64,000 nucleotides of DNA from Lytechinus pictus (Eukaryota): the NCBI RefSeq assembly GCF_037042905.1, contig NC_087245.1, forward strand, positions 12,524,001-12,588,000, written 5' to 3'. This document shows positions 13,406 through 27,831 of the stretch, piece after piece. The notes under the pieces are model-generated. The model saw only the letters and a program-made list of their open reading frames with translations, made no database searches and was not told the origin of the DNA. Position 1 is the stretch's first letter; each line of letters begins with the position of its first letter. Position numbers and translations under genes: made by a program.

Positions 13406-15043
13406 CCCTTAGGGAAAGGCCAGTGCGTGATGAACTGGAAAACGATCTCGGGAGATTGGATTACGATGACGCGATCGAGGAGGAGACGAAAAACGTGAGG
13501 AAATGATGATATGAGGAGGAAAGTGGGGGGGGGGGGTAGTCGGACGTTGGACATTGATAGCGATAAAAGCCGAGTCTAAGGAAGCATGACGTCTTGCACT
13601 TTGTCTTTGATATAAGAAGTATGAATTATTTGACCAAATTGCGCTTTATTACAAAGGGATGGCATATTATAATCATTTATTTTAACCCCTAACCTGATCC
13701 GGAAGAAAAATTGCGTTTGGTTTGACGCAAAAATTTTCTGCATATTTGGGAGGACGTGGTTTTTAACACACAACATTGGAGGACTATAATGGCATATCAA
13801 CACACTCAGCTTTAACATATGAGACACTAAAAATAGGTATAGACAGAATGAATTAACATAAAGTATGTCGTCAAAGTATCGACGTGAGTAGAGAATGATG
13901 TTACACATAACATGATGATTAACACTTTGATGGTAATCCTTTCTTTATTTCAAAGAATAGTTAAATGTTAAACAAAGTCAAACAATGAAAGAATAAAAGC
14001 ATTCGAATGTTCGGAATATATTGGGTTTGGATTATTATGTATAGGTCTCTGTGAGATCCCACATCAGTAACACTGTTATAAACTTTCGATTATCGATAGA
14101 TATACAGGGCAGAATGCTCAAAAGTAAATGAAAAAAAGTAATCGGATGATTTTGAAAAAATATGATGTATTCAATGAATGATGGATGTAAAATGAAATAA
14201 TTGACTGGCCCTACTTCACGTTCTGCCATTTCAAGATGTTTAATGCCATTCGCAATGAGGGTAAGGTTCCGACATTGCAATCGGCATGCACTGGTCATTA
14301 AATGACAAATGCAATTTATAATCACTAAATCTATTCCTGCTTAATTCATTACCCGTCATTGGTTTATAAAGTACGCACGCTGAAAGTTTGAACCATCTTA
14401 CCCCACCCTCATCTCTCTCTCTCTCTTCTAACTTTTATCGTTCTTCTTATTCCGAGCGATCAATGTCATTAAGCGGTTCTTTATATCTCTTCTTCTGTCC
14501 ACCGATTCTCAAACGATACCGCGGGTTTTTAATCCCACTGAACTGTTTCTTTACATCTTCCATTTTCCCATGGGGGAACCTTTACCATTTTATAAGGTAG
14601 CTCGATCCCGAGGCGAAATTTTGGTCGCGGTGAAATTCGTTTGAAGGTATAAAGTACGCAGTAGATGAGGGAAAAGGGCGAGGTATCGTTTGTATGTTTT
14701 GCACTATTCAATCGAATTGCTATAGAGAGTGTTATATCACGGATCTCAATAACCAGAGGGAATTATGGGATTGGGGGAATGGCAGATACGGGATGAGATG
14801 AAGAGAGGGTGTGCGTGTGTGTGCGTGTCTCTCTCTTCCTCTCTATGTGTGTGCGTGGTTGTAAGTCTCTCTTTCCGTGTGAGTGTGTGTGTGTTGATAC
14901 ATCTCTCTATCTCTTTGCGTATGCGTGTGTGGGTGCGCGTGAGGGTGTGCGTGCAGTTCTGGGGAAGGGGAGCACGTTCCCCGTTGCTTTTTTTCTCTTT
15001 TCGAGATACGCCACACCTTTATTAAGTATGTGCGAGAGATGGG

Positions 15044-15302
15044 AGTGTATACTGGAGGCGCAGTGGTCGAGTGGTCTAATTTGTACGAGTAGGGAAGTAA
15101 AGCTACGGGTTCGTAATTCTGTATGGCACTCGTGAATTTTATCGACATAGCTCTTTATCATACATTAGATGATAAAGTGTATACTGGAGGCGCAGTGGTC
15201 GAGTGGTCTAATTCGTCCGAGTAGGGAAGTAAAGATATGGGTTCGTAATTCTGTATGGCACTCGTGAATTTTATCGACATAGCTCTTTATCATACATTAG
15301 AT
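15044..15302 (+). repeat. Tandem duplication (period 132 bp) of a tRNA-derived SINE head
   Basis: 15044-15170 and 15176-15302 are almost identical; each has an A-box-like TGGTCGAGTGG and a degenerate B-box GGGTTCGTAATTC. Confidence 0.8.
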
Positions 15303-17155
15303 TAAAAAAAGATGATGTTGAATTATGAGTGTCAAGGTTTCGCGCAAGTATATAAAATATAAATGAAAGGGGGACAACGTCAATGTAACAGAGGAAAAGA
15401 AATTTAAGAATCATAGTACGATAAAGAAATAAAAATGGAACCGGACTAAACATCATTTTCAGACAGACTGAATAAAAAGAAACGTGCAGGGTGAGATCAT
15501 TATGGGTTACTTACTCTTTGTTCAGGCAATTTTCTTTTAAAATGGTTCAGAAACAAACAATTAGATAAGGCGAACAGCATAATTCGTACGAATTTTGAAC
15601 ATTACATGTTTTATGGAAGCCCTTGAATGTGAAATAAATGTGACGGGGAGTACAATGTTGGAATTATTATACATATTTTAAATAAAATTCTTCCTCATGA
15701 ATGATTTACAAAAAGGTGATAAAATAGTCTCTGGTGGCCTGTTAGACAGACAGGAAGGAGGGGCAAAATAGGAAGAAAACTGGAGCTTTAAATGGAACAC
15801 GATATAATGCAACTCTATTATCAGAAAGGGAATTGGGAACTCGTTTGCTTTGCCATTTTACTTGGGGTAAAGAGCAAATAGTCTTCAAACAACCCTGAAG
15901 TAATACAATGATATTGCAAAAAAAAGGGGAAAAGAAACAGATCGTCTGAGATTCCGCACGACGGTTTAATTTTCTTTCTCGCGGCCCCATGGCACATCGA
16001 TAAACGGTCGAGATGAATGCTTCGATGATATCGCATCTTAGCAACAAAAACAGTCTCTCGCATTTGTTTCCTTCGAGTTCCTTGAGATATCAGACTCTCT
16101 ATCTCATTTTGAATTCATAATCGGTAAATCATCAGCACTGCGTGAAAAGGTGTTTGATTGAGCCTTTTATAGTGGTAAAGCTAATTTTCTGTTATTTCCA
16201 AAAGGTTCTTTTGAGACGCACTAATTCCTTCATCTATCCCAAAAGGCAGCGTTATGCCTGCGCACCATAAATCCAAACAGAAAGCGAGAATTATATATTT
16301 TTTTCTCCCGACCATTTCTTTTTAAAATCCGTTTGGTGCATTTCCCACGCGGGCGTCTAGTATTTAACGTTGAAAGCGATCAGAACAGCTTGCTAATAAA
16401 AAGAACAATTTTATTCATGAACAAGAGGTTTTGAAGTGTTTGCCTGGCTTTCACAATTGTCGTTTTATCGGCGTATTTTAGAAGCGATTATCGGATTATC
16501 TCTGTTCGGTTTAACGCACTTCAATAGATCTGTTTGATCGTGATCACAATAGGCTCACTTTACAGGTGCAATTTATCGGCAAGCGGGTCGACGAATAATA
16601 TCCCAATCAAAATGTAAATAGAGTGTCAAACTTTATACATGACGTGCGTCCCACTAAAACCAAATAAATTGTAAATATACATCTTTACATTGCCTGAGTA
16701 AAGAGTTAATAATTCTATTTCCTATTTTCATATTTTCACAAGCTATGAATGATGTTAAACATAATATCCACAAACGAGCAGTATTTATTTACTTTATGAC
16801 ATTCATGGCATTTACAAATTGTATGGAAACAATAGAATTCCCTTGCGCTTAACGATAATTTATTATTTAGAAAAATTGCAAAGGAGATGTTAGAATAAAA
16901 AATAATAAGAGGTTGTATTGGTGTTTCATACCCCCGCAACCCCCCCCCCCCCCCACAAAAAACATGTTTCAATAACAATTTAAACATGTTAAAGAGCATA
17001 CTAAAATGCTGGTACAACGAGATGTGCGTAAGAGATCACACACAGAAAAATACAGATTAAACTTGAGTGATGAAACCAAAAATATTATGAAGAGAAAATA
17101 AAAGGATTCTCGTCTAAATGTATATAATAATTATGTAAAAAATAATATGGTGGAG

Positions 17156-18048
17156 GTTAACAGAATTGGATGTATAGCTTTTAATTCACATTTTGTTCAA
17201 ATTTGTTATTCCAAACATTTGTTCCTATATGAGGCTGTGAAAACTTAACTTACCCAAGAAGGATGTTTTACGTTTTGGAGACCAATTGAGACCAAATATA
17301 GCGTTTCAACACCATCTTACAACGTAAAAAGTTATTGAAGTCTGGTATGATATTATTTCATTCCAAGCAACTGCTATTTTTACCCTATTCAGTTGACATT
17401 TTTACAGAAGGGGTGCATTAAGTAGCTAGTACTTCTCACGCTAAGTTTTTTTTTTGCGTGTCCGAGTCAAGCAATTTCATATGTCAATATGCAGATCACA
17501 CACAAAAATATATCCATTTGTCATCCTATTTGGTCAGAAGTCGAGGATTTAAGTAACTTTTGGGTGTTACAATGTGAATGGTTACTTTTGTGGTTTGTAA
17601 ATTTACACAGCGCATGCGTCCAAACGAAGCTCGTTTTAGAGTTTCAGAAACTTTTATCCAAAATAAAGAGAATCAAAGTGATGTATGGGACAACGGGAAC
17701 TGGTTGCTCTTTACAAATTTTTAAAATTATCTTACAATATTAAATAAGATCTCGTGTTTTAAACTAATAAGATATTTCAAGCTTTTTTTATCACGATTAT
17801 CCGAAAATACTATGAAGTCCGAGTTATACTTGTATTTCGATACGTATAGCGTGTTTGAAACATTTTTGTTACATTTTGTTATGAATATTCATGTTTTTTT
17901 CTAATTCTCATATAACATTTGATTTAAAAATTAATGATCTATAAAATGACGGTCATCTATTTATATAAATATTGTTTACATTTTCGTATACCACACAAGA
18001 TGTGTCCTGAGTCTCAAAATGGGATATAAGCCTAACCAGTTCTGTAAA
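17156..18048. mobile_element. Old MITE/DNA transposon derivative with degenerate TIRs
   Basis: GTTAACAGAATTGG...CACATTTTG on the left versus CAAAATGGG...CCAGTTCTGTAAAC on the right; AT-rich non-coding interior. Confidence 0.35.
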
Positions 18049-21000
18049 CATTCAAGCTAAAACCATGTTTTTTTCAACCGGAAATAATATAATAGAACCA
18101 TGTCCAATAACTTTCTCGTAATAAAGTATCAACTTAGACTTAAGGTTATTACAATATTCCACCGCATGTCAAAATGATTCTGAAATTACTCTTACCCTTG
18201 GAGCGATAAGTGAATATTATGTTTCATCGTGAGTTTCGTGTCATTACGGTCATTTTTAAAGAGTATTTTTCCCCTATTTCATCTACTCCATCTTACAAGC
18301 TTGAGCACTGTATTAACTACCTCATCACCGATCCAGACACGCACACTCAGATATCCAATCAAATCGAATTTATAAGATTCTAACACAGAGTCACGTCTGA
18401 CCAATTCAACGAGCCCTTTCTGGAAAGAAAAATGTATCAATTTCAACAATATGGCACGCCCCCGTGTACAAGATTAGAAAGACCTAATTTATCGAACCGA
18501 CACTTTCACACGCGATCCTTGCCTGTGGAAGAATACAAAGAAAGGGGCAAATAATACTATTTCCTGTCATGTAGTCATTATTTTGTGCACCATTTCTATA
18601 TCATCTCAATCAATATCTAATTTGCAATTAGAATTTTGGTTTATTTTTAGTCATGTGTTTTGGAGAAAATGATGGAAATTATCATACGTAGTCTTATGTA
18701 TCTTGATCATAATTGATGTGACATCATACCCATACTTAACATCATGAATCATCTTTCTTTTTCTTTCCTTTTGAAAGAACAGTAGAAGTAATGAATTATG
18801 ATGCATTTGGAAATAAAACAATAATCAGTTATTTCATCGTCATCATTCTTTATAGAAGGGGGTCGATGAAAAATCCTCATCCTGAATTGTACATCAATCA
18901 ATTGTTTTCTCATTCCCCCGCCATTTTGAAAGACCATGTGTGTCCAAACTGAGCCTGGAGCAGACGATCTGGTCGAGAGATAGGGGGCAGGCAAATTTGT
19001 GATGCTATCTCATATGCACGTTTTTAATTTTCACCGCCCCTCTTCCCTGAAGTAATGGCTGCTTCATTTTCTTGATGGTTATCAGGGGAATTGGGCAAGA
19101 AAATTGATTACGTGATGATGAGCTAATGCTAGTTATCTCGAACAGCAACGGGCAGTTCCTGAAGTATGCTGAACATGAATACAGAAATATACACCTAGCA
19201 TGAGAGCAAACTGATGAATCCAACATTGAAAATGTGTGTCTATGAAGTAATATTTAGTTTTCAACACTTCACTCATATTTTTTTATATAACAAAAGTAAT
19301 TGAGATTTGCCTTACACTGCCTACCATGAATTTGCCACAAACCGGTTATCTCAAAGCAAATGAAATTGAAATCCAGAACTATGAAGCCTGAGGGTTGGCT
19401 TTACTATGATAACCCTTGATGGAAAAAAGACTCAGTTTGCTCTAATTCTCTAAATATTAAAGTGAAAAGTGATCATTCCATGGCAATCAAATACATATCA
19501 GAATCAAATATGCAAAGCTTATGGACAGTCTCGATTCGAAACATCTTCTCCTCAAATCCCAAAATAGGGGACTTACTTCTGGGGAAAAATTGAATATTAC
19601 TGAAGAAAAGTATAAGTGCTCCCACTCGGTTTATCTCGAGGCGTTTTTTGGTTATTAAAAAATAGATGAAGATTAAGACAAAAATCAGCATGCAGTTCAA
19701 CTTCAAAAAGTGAGAGGAAAAAGATACAGGACTCCATAAACTCCACCCTCATCTCCACACACCCGAGGATGTATATACGCATATTACCATCCTCTTTGCA
19801 CCACATTCATAATGCACACACACAGTGCACGCACTCACACAACACTTACGCACACACTCAGAATGTTGATAGGGATTGAAAAAAGTATATTATAAAGTGG
19901 AAATAGTAATGTGAAGGAGGGCGAGAGTGAGAGCAGGAAAGAGGCAGAGAAATGAGAGATGATGTTGATAAAGATGATGAATTAGGAGAAGAAGGGTAAA
20001 TATTGAAACGCTCTTCACTTGGCAGTATCATAATGAAAAATGACATGCCTCCATCATCCACCCTTTCGTTTACTTCGGCGCTCTCCTCAAAGGCCAATAC
20101 ATTTCATTACTTGATGTTTGTTGCCAATAGCAAACCAGATAGAAAGAAAAATCATGGGGATAAGAATGACTCAGAACTATATTATTAATCAATCGAAATT
20201 GTCTCTTCTAATTTGGCCCCGCAGAGCAAAATATGAAATTGCAATAATTCATTCGCGGTTGATGAATAGCTTCCTATTCTTGTTGATATGGCCGGGTAAA
20301 TACGCGTCGAAATCAATAAGATTCGTCATTGTTTAATAGATTTGGGAACTGGTATTGAGCTAAAGAAAAGGTTAGCACAGACAGACAATCATGATAAGTG
20401 AAATATAATTACTACTTTAAAATGTTTGGAATGGAAGAAATAACGATCTCATACATTACTTCAGAAATTGCTATTGACAAAGTAAAGAGAATCGAAAAGA
20501 TAAGGAATGATAAATGGTAATGATAGGAGAAAATTGGCAAAAGAGGACAGGGGTGGAAAAAATTGCAGTTTAGCATACTTTAGTTTGGTAGAAACAATCG
20601 GCAATAACAACAAATTAATAAGGAGAGGGAATGGTTACGAATGAAATGATAATTTACGTCCTGGGTTAGGCGGTCATGAAGCTGATGGATCATTGGTGTA
20701 CCACTGCGTGATGAGTGGTCTACATGAGAAAGTCTGGGGTTTGATGCATGGTGGTGACATAAATTAGCATATCTAAAAAATTGAATATCTGATTGATACA
20801 CGTCTTTAAAAATACACACACAAACACACCCACACATGATATATTTTAACAAATTTGTAAATTTTAGTCTTTATTGATGTATATTTCCGACTGCTATCGT
20901 GTTTGTTCAGGAGAATGATCTGTCACAATCACAAAATTATTTAACTAAACTTATACTTATTAATGGTTCGCCAAATATGTGTAAAAAGGATCATTGTACT

Positions 21001-23906
21001 TTTATTCTATTTTGATACAACTCCAATTGGTGAACATGATTATTTTCATTCTCAAATAACATAATGGTTTACTTATCACATTTCTTCCTTTAAATCACGT
21101 TTCGAAATAAGGTATGGATTGAGTTGCAATTCCCATCATTTTAGATTCCACTCCCAAATTCAAATTATCCTTGATCATTCGTCGGTACGTTGTCCGATGA
21201 TTTTCTGTTAACTTGTTTCCTGTTCTTAAACAAACCAATGGTTCACAAATCTTGAAGAACCAAACACGAATGTGAAACATTCTTAACCCTGAAGTAATTT
21301 CGATTGATCGAAACTATTTTGGGAGGGCATTGTTTCTCTTCTCCTTCATAAAATTTGATTTGGGCATAACCTTTTTTTTTGTTCGAGGGGAACATGATAT
21401 CACTGTGCTGACTGCTACAAGGGAGGTACAGTTGTGCCTCATCTCAAAACAAATTTCTTCAAACGAAACATGACATGTGTTCTTGTATTGTCATTGAAAG
21501 GGCTCCGCCGATTGGTAACATCAGGGAGTGCAGGTGCGTCGTCCTGCACTGTGGGGAAGTAGAAAATGGAAGAGATAACATTCTGGGATGAAAAATAAAG
21601 AAAATAGTTGTCATTCTTCATCTTGGTTTTAATGGGTAATATATTGCAAGGCTGATGTTTTTCGTACCTGATGTCCCAACCATATAGCTACTGTTAACAC
21701 TAGAATGAAGAAGAAAACTGGACCTATAAACATGATGAACAGATGAATGATAATTGTTGATAGCCTCTAAGGATTCTTCTTACTTTTGCGGTGGTAACTT
21801 GAATTTCGGCAGATGGAAGAAAATGCATGTGACATTTCCTTAAAAGTAATTAGTGAAAGCAGTTGATATTTTGACAATTCTTAATTATTTATTGTTTTAA
21901 ATATTGATTTGATTCACTCTCCAATACCCTTTTGAAATTAGCTTTGATATTCCGAAAAATGATGCAATGTCATTAATAAAATCTCATTTATCCTCATAAA
22001 AAGATGACTCATTTGGCACTAAATGCATTAATCACTCTGGCCGTTGTTGCCTTTGAGTTCAGAATGGACTGTAGGCCTATACAGTGAAATAATTAAGGCA
22101 GTAAAATAATTTTGAAAGAGCGATTGACGCTAGAGGTGGTGGTATCCTTTCAAATCTTGCCGAGGCGGTCTCAATATCCCCACTTTGGATATGATGATTT
22201 TACTCATGCTGGAATGATCAACATCTTGTATTTGCACCTGACACAATTATTCACCTGACGGCATGAAATACCCATGTCCTGGAAAGTATTGACCAAGTCC
22301 CCAGAGTGATGAAAAGGGGGCAAAACTCCTCCCCAACATTATCAATGACAAGTGGCGTATCTGTAAGAATGAACGGCAAAGAGGGTTTTCTTAAGGAGGA
22401 ACTGACTGAATATGGGTTGCCGAAGTGGACGTCATGTGCAGCTGTAGACCCAATTATATTTTTCACAGCCTTTGTTACATATTGAGATATCTTTATGCGT
22501 CTGAGATTTCTGATCAATATCGTGTTTTTAGAATTATACCAAGCGGCTACCTAAATCGCAAATCTAATCAATATTAGGTTTGAACGGGTTTTATAACTTA
22601 GATAATCATTATTAGCGTGTCCGTTTGCCGTTTTAAAAAGTTTTTTCTTCATAATAGCTTTATGGCTATCTTTTCTAAGATTGTGCATAATACCATTCCC
22701 AGAAAAGGTATCACGCAGAAGTCAATAATACATCATAATAATTTATTGGAAGATTCGAACGGTATACATTTCTTAAAAGAAGTTTTGAAAGCTATGTTTT
22801 TCTTCTAGGTTAATCCTTTGAGAAGAGATCTATGGTTTGCATACCAGCCATAAATTATCATGGTTATATTTCTCACATAATAAATAATATGTGCACACGA
22901 TAATACGTCTTTTAACCATTCTCTACACGAAGTATATATCTGCCAACACCATAGGCAATGTAGTTCTGAAATTATGTAGTATCTCATCGTTTGCTGCCTT
23001 ATGGTACGCTTGAATGCATCCTTAAGAACTCAATCAAGCGATGGTTAATTGTAGTCCTCTCCTCGCTCCGAACAGTGCCATGGTCGAAGATGGAACCGGA
23101 GATTGCCAGAGGTGGACAAGCTAAAACAGGGGGTAAGCCGTAGAATGAGATTAAGTAAGCTGAATTAAATCTAGTACGCCAGAGAAAAGGAACGGGGTCG
23201 CTCTTGGGGGAAAGTAAGCCTATATTGTCAACCAAGGGCCTCGGTTAACATCCAATAATGTGATTACATGGATCAGTTCGAGTGCTTACTTGAAATTGAG
23301 AGCAATGGTTCTATAGGAAATGGTGGGTTTTATGGCACTCACCGTGTATTGGGTTTGCTCTCTTTATCAAAGGAATTCATCGATAAAAATAACACACACC
23401 AATGAAGCGTGGTTCCACTTCATTTTCGACTAGCGGGCTCATCACCTTTGTCTTCTTTATTGTCCTCCATACAACCATTTTATCCTATTTAAAAGAGTTA
23501 TGCAATGCTGATCGTGAACATAAAACATGCTCTGAAAGGGCAGTACTTGCAGTCCCCTCTCCCTCTGTTTAAAAATACATTTTCTTGATCCCTCTCTTTC
23601 TCTCTTGAGGGATGGGCAACCTGTATCAGGTAACCATAAAGACAAGGCTTAAAACATTATTGTATGTAGTTTTGGTATCTAATATATATATATATATTAT
23701 ATAGTGTGATGATAAGTTTACTTCTACCAATCGCTGTTGAGTTGTGAATATTAAACATAATGAGATGAGGCGAGGCCAACTCAACAGATGACGCAGGACA
23801 CCATTATTTGCTTTAGCTTTCGTCTTTTAATTGAGACTTCGTCAGAAGCGTCTGTAATTACAGACTATTGTGATAGTTAAGTATGACCGTATCCTATCTC
23901 GTTCTT

Positions 23907-23954
<48 letters not shown>
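23907..23954. repeat. Compound (TA)n-(GA)n-Gn microsatellite
   Basis: tatata...gagaga...gggggggggg visible directly. Confidence 0.9.
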
Positions 23955-26900
23955 TAGCTGGGAAGATGTAAAGACGCTAGTTTCAATACGATGTTTAAAA
24001 AATTACTGCACTCTATAATCTAATCTGATGATGTCAAATCACTGATTGTTGAAAAGAAAGTAGCATCGACTAATATGGCACCCCCACAAGGAAATGCTCT
24101 TAAACAGCATCAAAATTGCCATATGATACTATACTTTTGCATTCCTTCACCGTTTTAAGTGTGAGAACATGTGATAAACGCATGAATTAAACAATTTTCC
24201 ATCGATAGTTTGTCGACATTGACGGTTGCATAAAACAGCATAACACGTGCTTTTTGTCTCGGTAATTCGAAGATGATTTAATAAAACTGCATTCCAGAGG
24301 CGCCATGGTGGTCAGTGTATGGTGGATTCGAAGTGGCCAAGCATACCAATTAACCATGCATTTACAAGCGTGTTCTAAATCATATACGGCTTTGTGGCTT
24401 ACGGAGAATTTTCCATACTCACCATTATCATATGCGGTTACTGGGTACATTATATTTCAGAATTATCCATGTAGATCAGTTGACTTGTACTCATCAGTGT
24501 GAATTTTATATACAATCACCAACGATTTCCAGGATATCTTTTGATTTCTTATAACCTTATAACAAGTTCAAATATTTAAAGTATCAAATTTAATAAATTG
24601 CATGGTCCAAACATACAGGACTCCATGATGAAGTTTTTAAATTGCAATTTTGTAATTCCGATTATATGATAAAAATTAAAACATGGATTTTACGTTAGTT
24701 TTTCACATAACATATTTATATAGCACCTGATTTACATCTATATGTTATAAAATATATAACACGATACATGCATCATTTATGACGTACAAAATATACAACT
24801 AACTGATATACAATAACAATATTTGATATACCGTAGAACTACATTCAAGTTCTATGTCTTTGGTCTCTAATATCAATCTAGTTATGTGCCGTCAAACAAA
24901 ATACATCACATCTTCAATTTTCTCGTTCTATTCCTTGCATTATTCAAATTCAAATACTTCACTATGGATACCTCTCGTATTCCATTCTTCATATTTGATA
25001 TCCACTCCTACCTTTCTTCTTTGTTGCCTGTATGTATTTCTTTACCCCTTTGAGTTTTTAAAACCCGTCTTCGATTCCATCGCTTACCGGCATTTAATGT
25101 CTAGATCCTCATTTCTTCTCTTTGTGTTATTAGATGCTTTCACCATCTAATGCGCTCACGCACAAATTGTCAATTAAAGTGCGCGGTGACTTTAGATCTA
25201 ATCATATGGATTTAAACCGAATGTTGGCGGTTTAATATGAAGTTAACCCATTCACACCTGAAAATGTTTTTCATCCATGATCATTTACAATTTTAATCTT
25301 ATCATGCCAGTAAACAGGCAAACTATATTTATCTTACATAATTTATAACCCCTATTTTTTGGTTAGACGATTTCAGCTAGTTTATGGGGCTTTCGTGCAG
25401 AAATGTCAGATGTAAAGTTTTCGTCTCTTGTCATGGTTATGTTTCATTGCTCGTACGGCAAAGCATAAGTTTTGGGGGTTATCATCTCCGTTGTCATCAC
25501 TGTCAAAATCATCATCATAAACATCAAAAGCTTCATACAATCATTATTTTTAGAGCAAAGTGATGTGCTATACCATTCCCTTCCGGGCATGCTGCTTCTA
25601 TATTCTTTCATATCACAAGTTTTTCCTGTTTTTTCCCCTGTATGAAATTGGCATCCTGCTCAATCATCAACCGGTATGCAACAAGCTGAGCTTTTAAATG
25701 TGAAATGCGCATCTTGCTCTAAAAGTCCCACGCAATTTGTACATCAGTCGAGCATTCTTTTCCCAGGATTTCAACGAAGATCCCACCATCAATCATTACC
25801 GTAGTAATAGTCATCAGTAGAACATCTTTTATCTGCTGGTAGAATATACTCGACGGGAGGATGGGGAAGATGTATTATAATCTTGTAGAGAGCAAAGCCA
25901 AATAATGGAAGAGATAGCTTAGGTTGGTGTTTTACCCTTCCTCTCTTGCTTTCACGTTTCACATGCCGCGACATTTATCTCTTTCATCACCAAAAAGAGA
26001 GAAGACATTACTGCCGTTCGTTACATTATTATTGTATAATGTATCATATTGATAGCATCATGATATCACCGTGTGTAACACATCGTTCACGGTGTTCTCT
26101 GGAACCTGTTGTTGTCAGTCATCATCTAAATATCTCTTCCCTCCTCCTTCTTTCCACCGCCTCACCATCTCCACTGTTTTATACTACTGCCATCATCATC
26201 ACAATCATCATCATCGTGGCTACCAGTCTATATTTCCACCAAAACCCATTACATGAACACATCTATAAACAACGACATCGTATTCATCGATCATTATCAT
26301 CGTTGTCGTTATCGTTGCTGTCATCGTCAACATTGAGATAGTGTCGTGATATCGACTAGAATCAGAGTAAACCCTTCTCCCTCGTTATAACAAACAATTC
26401 TCAACTTACAAGATTCAAATTGTCCTTAAACATGTCAATTAACAATATGAACTGATAGTCAGAAAACCAACAGAATCGAAATATCGGGAGGTAGGTTAAT
26501 AATATGCTTGAAAGAAAAATAATCACGTTTTAAGTCTTAGTGGTATATTGTTAATACAATAAATCATTCAAGTCTTCTTATTTTAATAGGAATTGAGGCA
26601 TCAAGTGGACAAATTGTATCTTGCTCACATTTCAGATTAGGACGAGTTTCATATCTACTGTAGATGGGAGTAAGAATCACGTGTGTCAGGGAGGGTGTGG
26701 GTGTGTGTGTGTACTATGCACATTTGGAGAAAGCGGGTAAAAGTTATAAATAGAGGGTTGTATATCAATGCTTAATTTTCTGAGGATAAAATGTGTCTTT
26801 GTTTTTAGAGCTGAAAAAAACCGATTGGTTCCAGATTAACACTATCAGCAATTTTTTTCTGACAGCATTCAGTAATTCACCTAAACGACATAATGTGCTT

Positions 26901-27424
26901 ACATTGCTTTCTCGGAGATTGAAATTCTAAAAGGTATTTTACCTCACAGTTGAGAATGAAAGAAAGAATGTTATATATTCACTGGTACAGAGTGGTAAAA
27001 AGTGCTTCCATACATCCCTTCAATCATCTAAGGATTACTGAAATCCAACCAAAGTTGACTAGAAAACACCCTTAAATTTACTTCCCCATCTTACCCTAAT
27101 GCCTGTGCTAATTATTCTCTGCTCTACATGTTACTGATGAGAACTGTACATCGTACTTTGTTTAAAGACCGGAACCTTATTGGGGGCGACCTTTCCGTCA
27201 AATTTCTTGAAGATCTTTATCTTGCATTATTATTCCTCCATTCCTGGCCCATGTAAGTCAAGTATTCATTACAGACAGATAATATTGATATCAAAATGTA
27301 TTTCCATTTAATCATACGTGCATTTAAATTGTATTTTGAGTCTCGTGGAGTTCCAGCTAAGATTATTTATTTATGTCTCTAAGCTTTCTGCTGATGATGT
27401 TGGTGACTAGGTGACTGGTGAATA

Positions 27425-27831
27425 GGGAGGCAGTGTAGCTCAAGGGAGGCAGTGTAGCTCAGTCGGTTAGAGCGCCTGTTCCGGATAAGATCGTAGATCT
27501 CAACGTGCGTGGGTTCGAGTCCCGCAGCATGCCGGAAGACGTCTAACAAAAAAAAAACTGATGCTAGCGTTGTGTGTTAACGTGCCTCACCACTGTGTTC
27601 AGTGCGGGTGTGAATGCAGTTGGAAAACACTCCGTCCATCGGAAAGGACGCAAATGTTGGTCCCGTGTATAGGAGAGTCACAACCTATGCACGTTAAAAC
27701 CAATACACTATTCGTCAAAGAGTAGGGTGTTCACCCGGTGTATTGCACCTGCCGGTCCCCGGTACTACAATACTGCAAGAATCTTCAGGATTGAAGGAGG
27801 CAGTGTAGCTTGAAGAAGAAGAAGAAGAAGA
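27425..27831 (+). mobile_element. Full-length tRNA-derived SINE with Deu/Nin-like central domain and (GAA)n tail
   Basis: A-box TAGCTCAGTCGG 27455-27466 and B-box GTTCGAGTC 27513-27521. The centre TCGGAAAGGACG...GGTCCCGTG...CACTATTCGTCAAAGAGTAGGGTGTTCACCCGGTGT resembles the DeuSINE/Nin domain. (GAA)6 tail at 27812-27831. Confidence 0.8.

Noticed and set aside
24290-24306. CTCF-like motif (TTCCAGAGGGCGCC)
   Set aside because: Partial match only, and not distinguishable from chance without ChIP or conservation data.
27444-27535. Functional tRNA gene
   Set aside because: D- and T-arms are present, but the anticodon arm does not pair and the acceptor stem is imperfect; it continues into a SINE body and tail.
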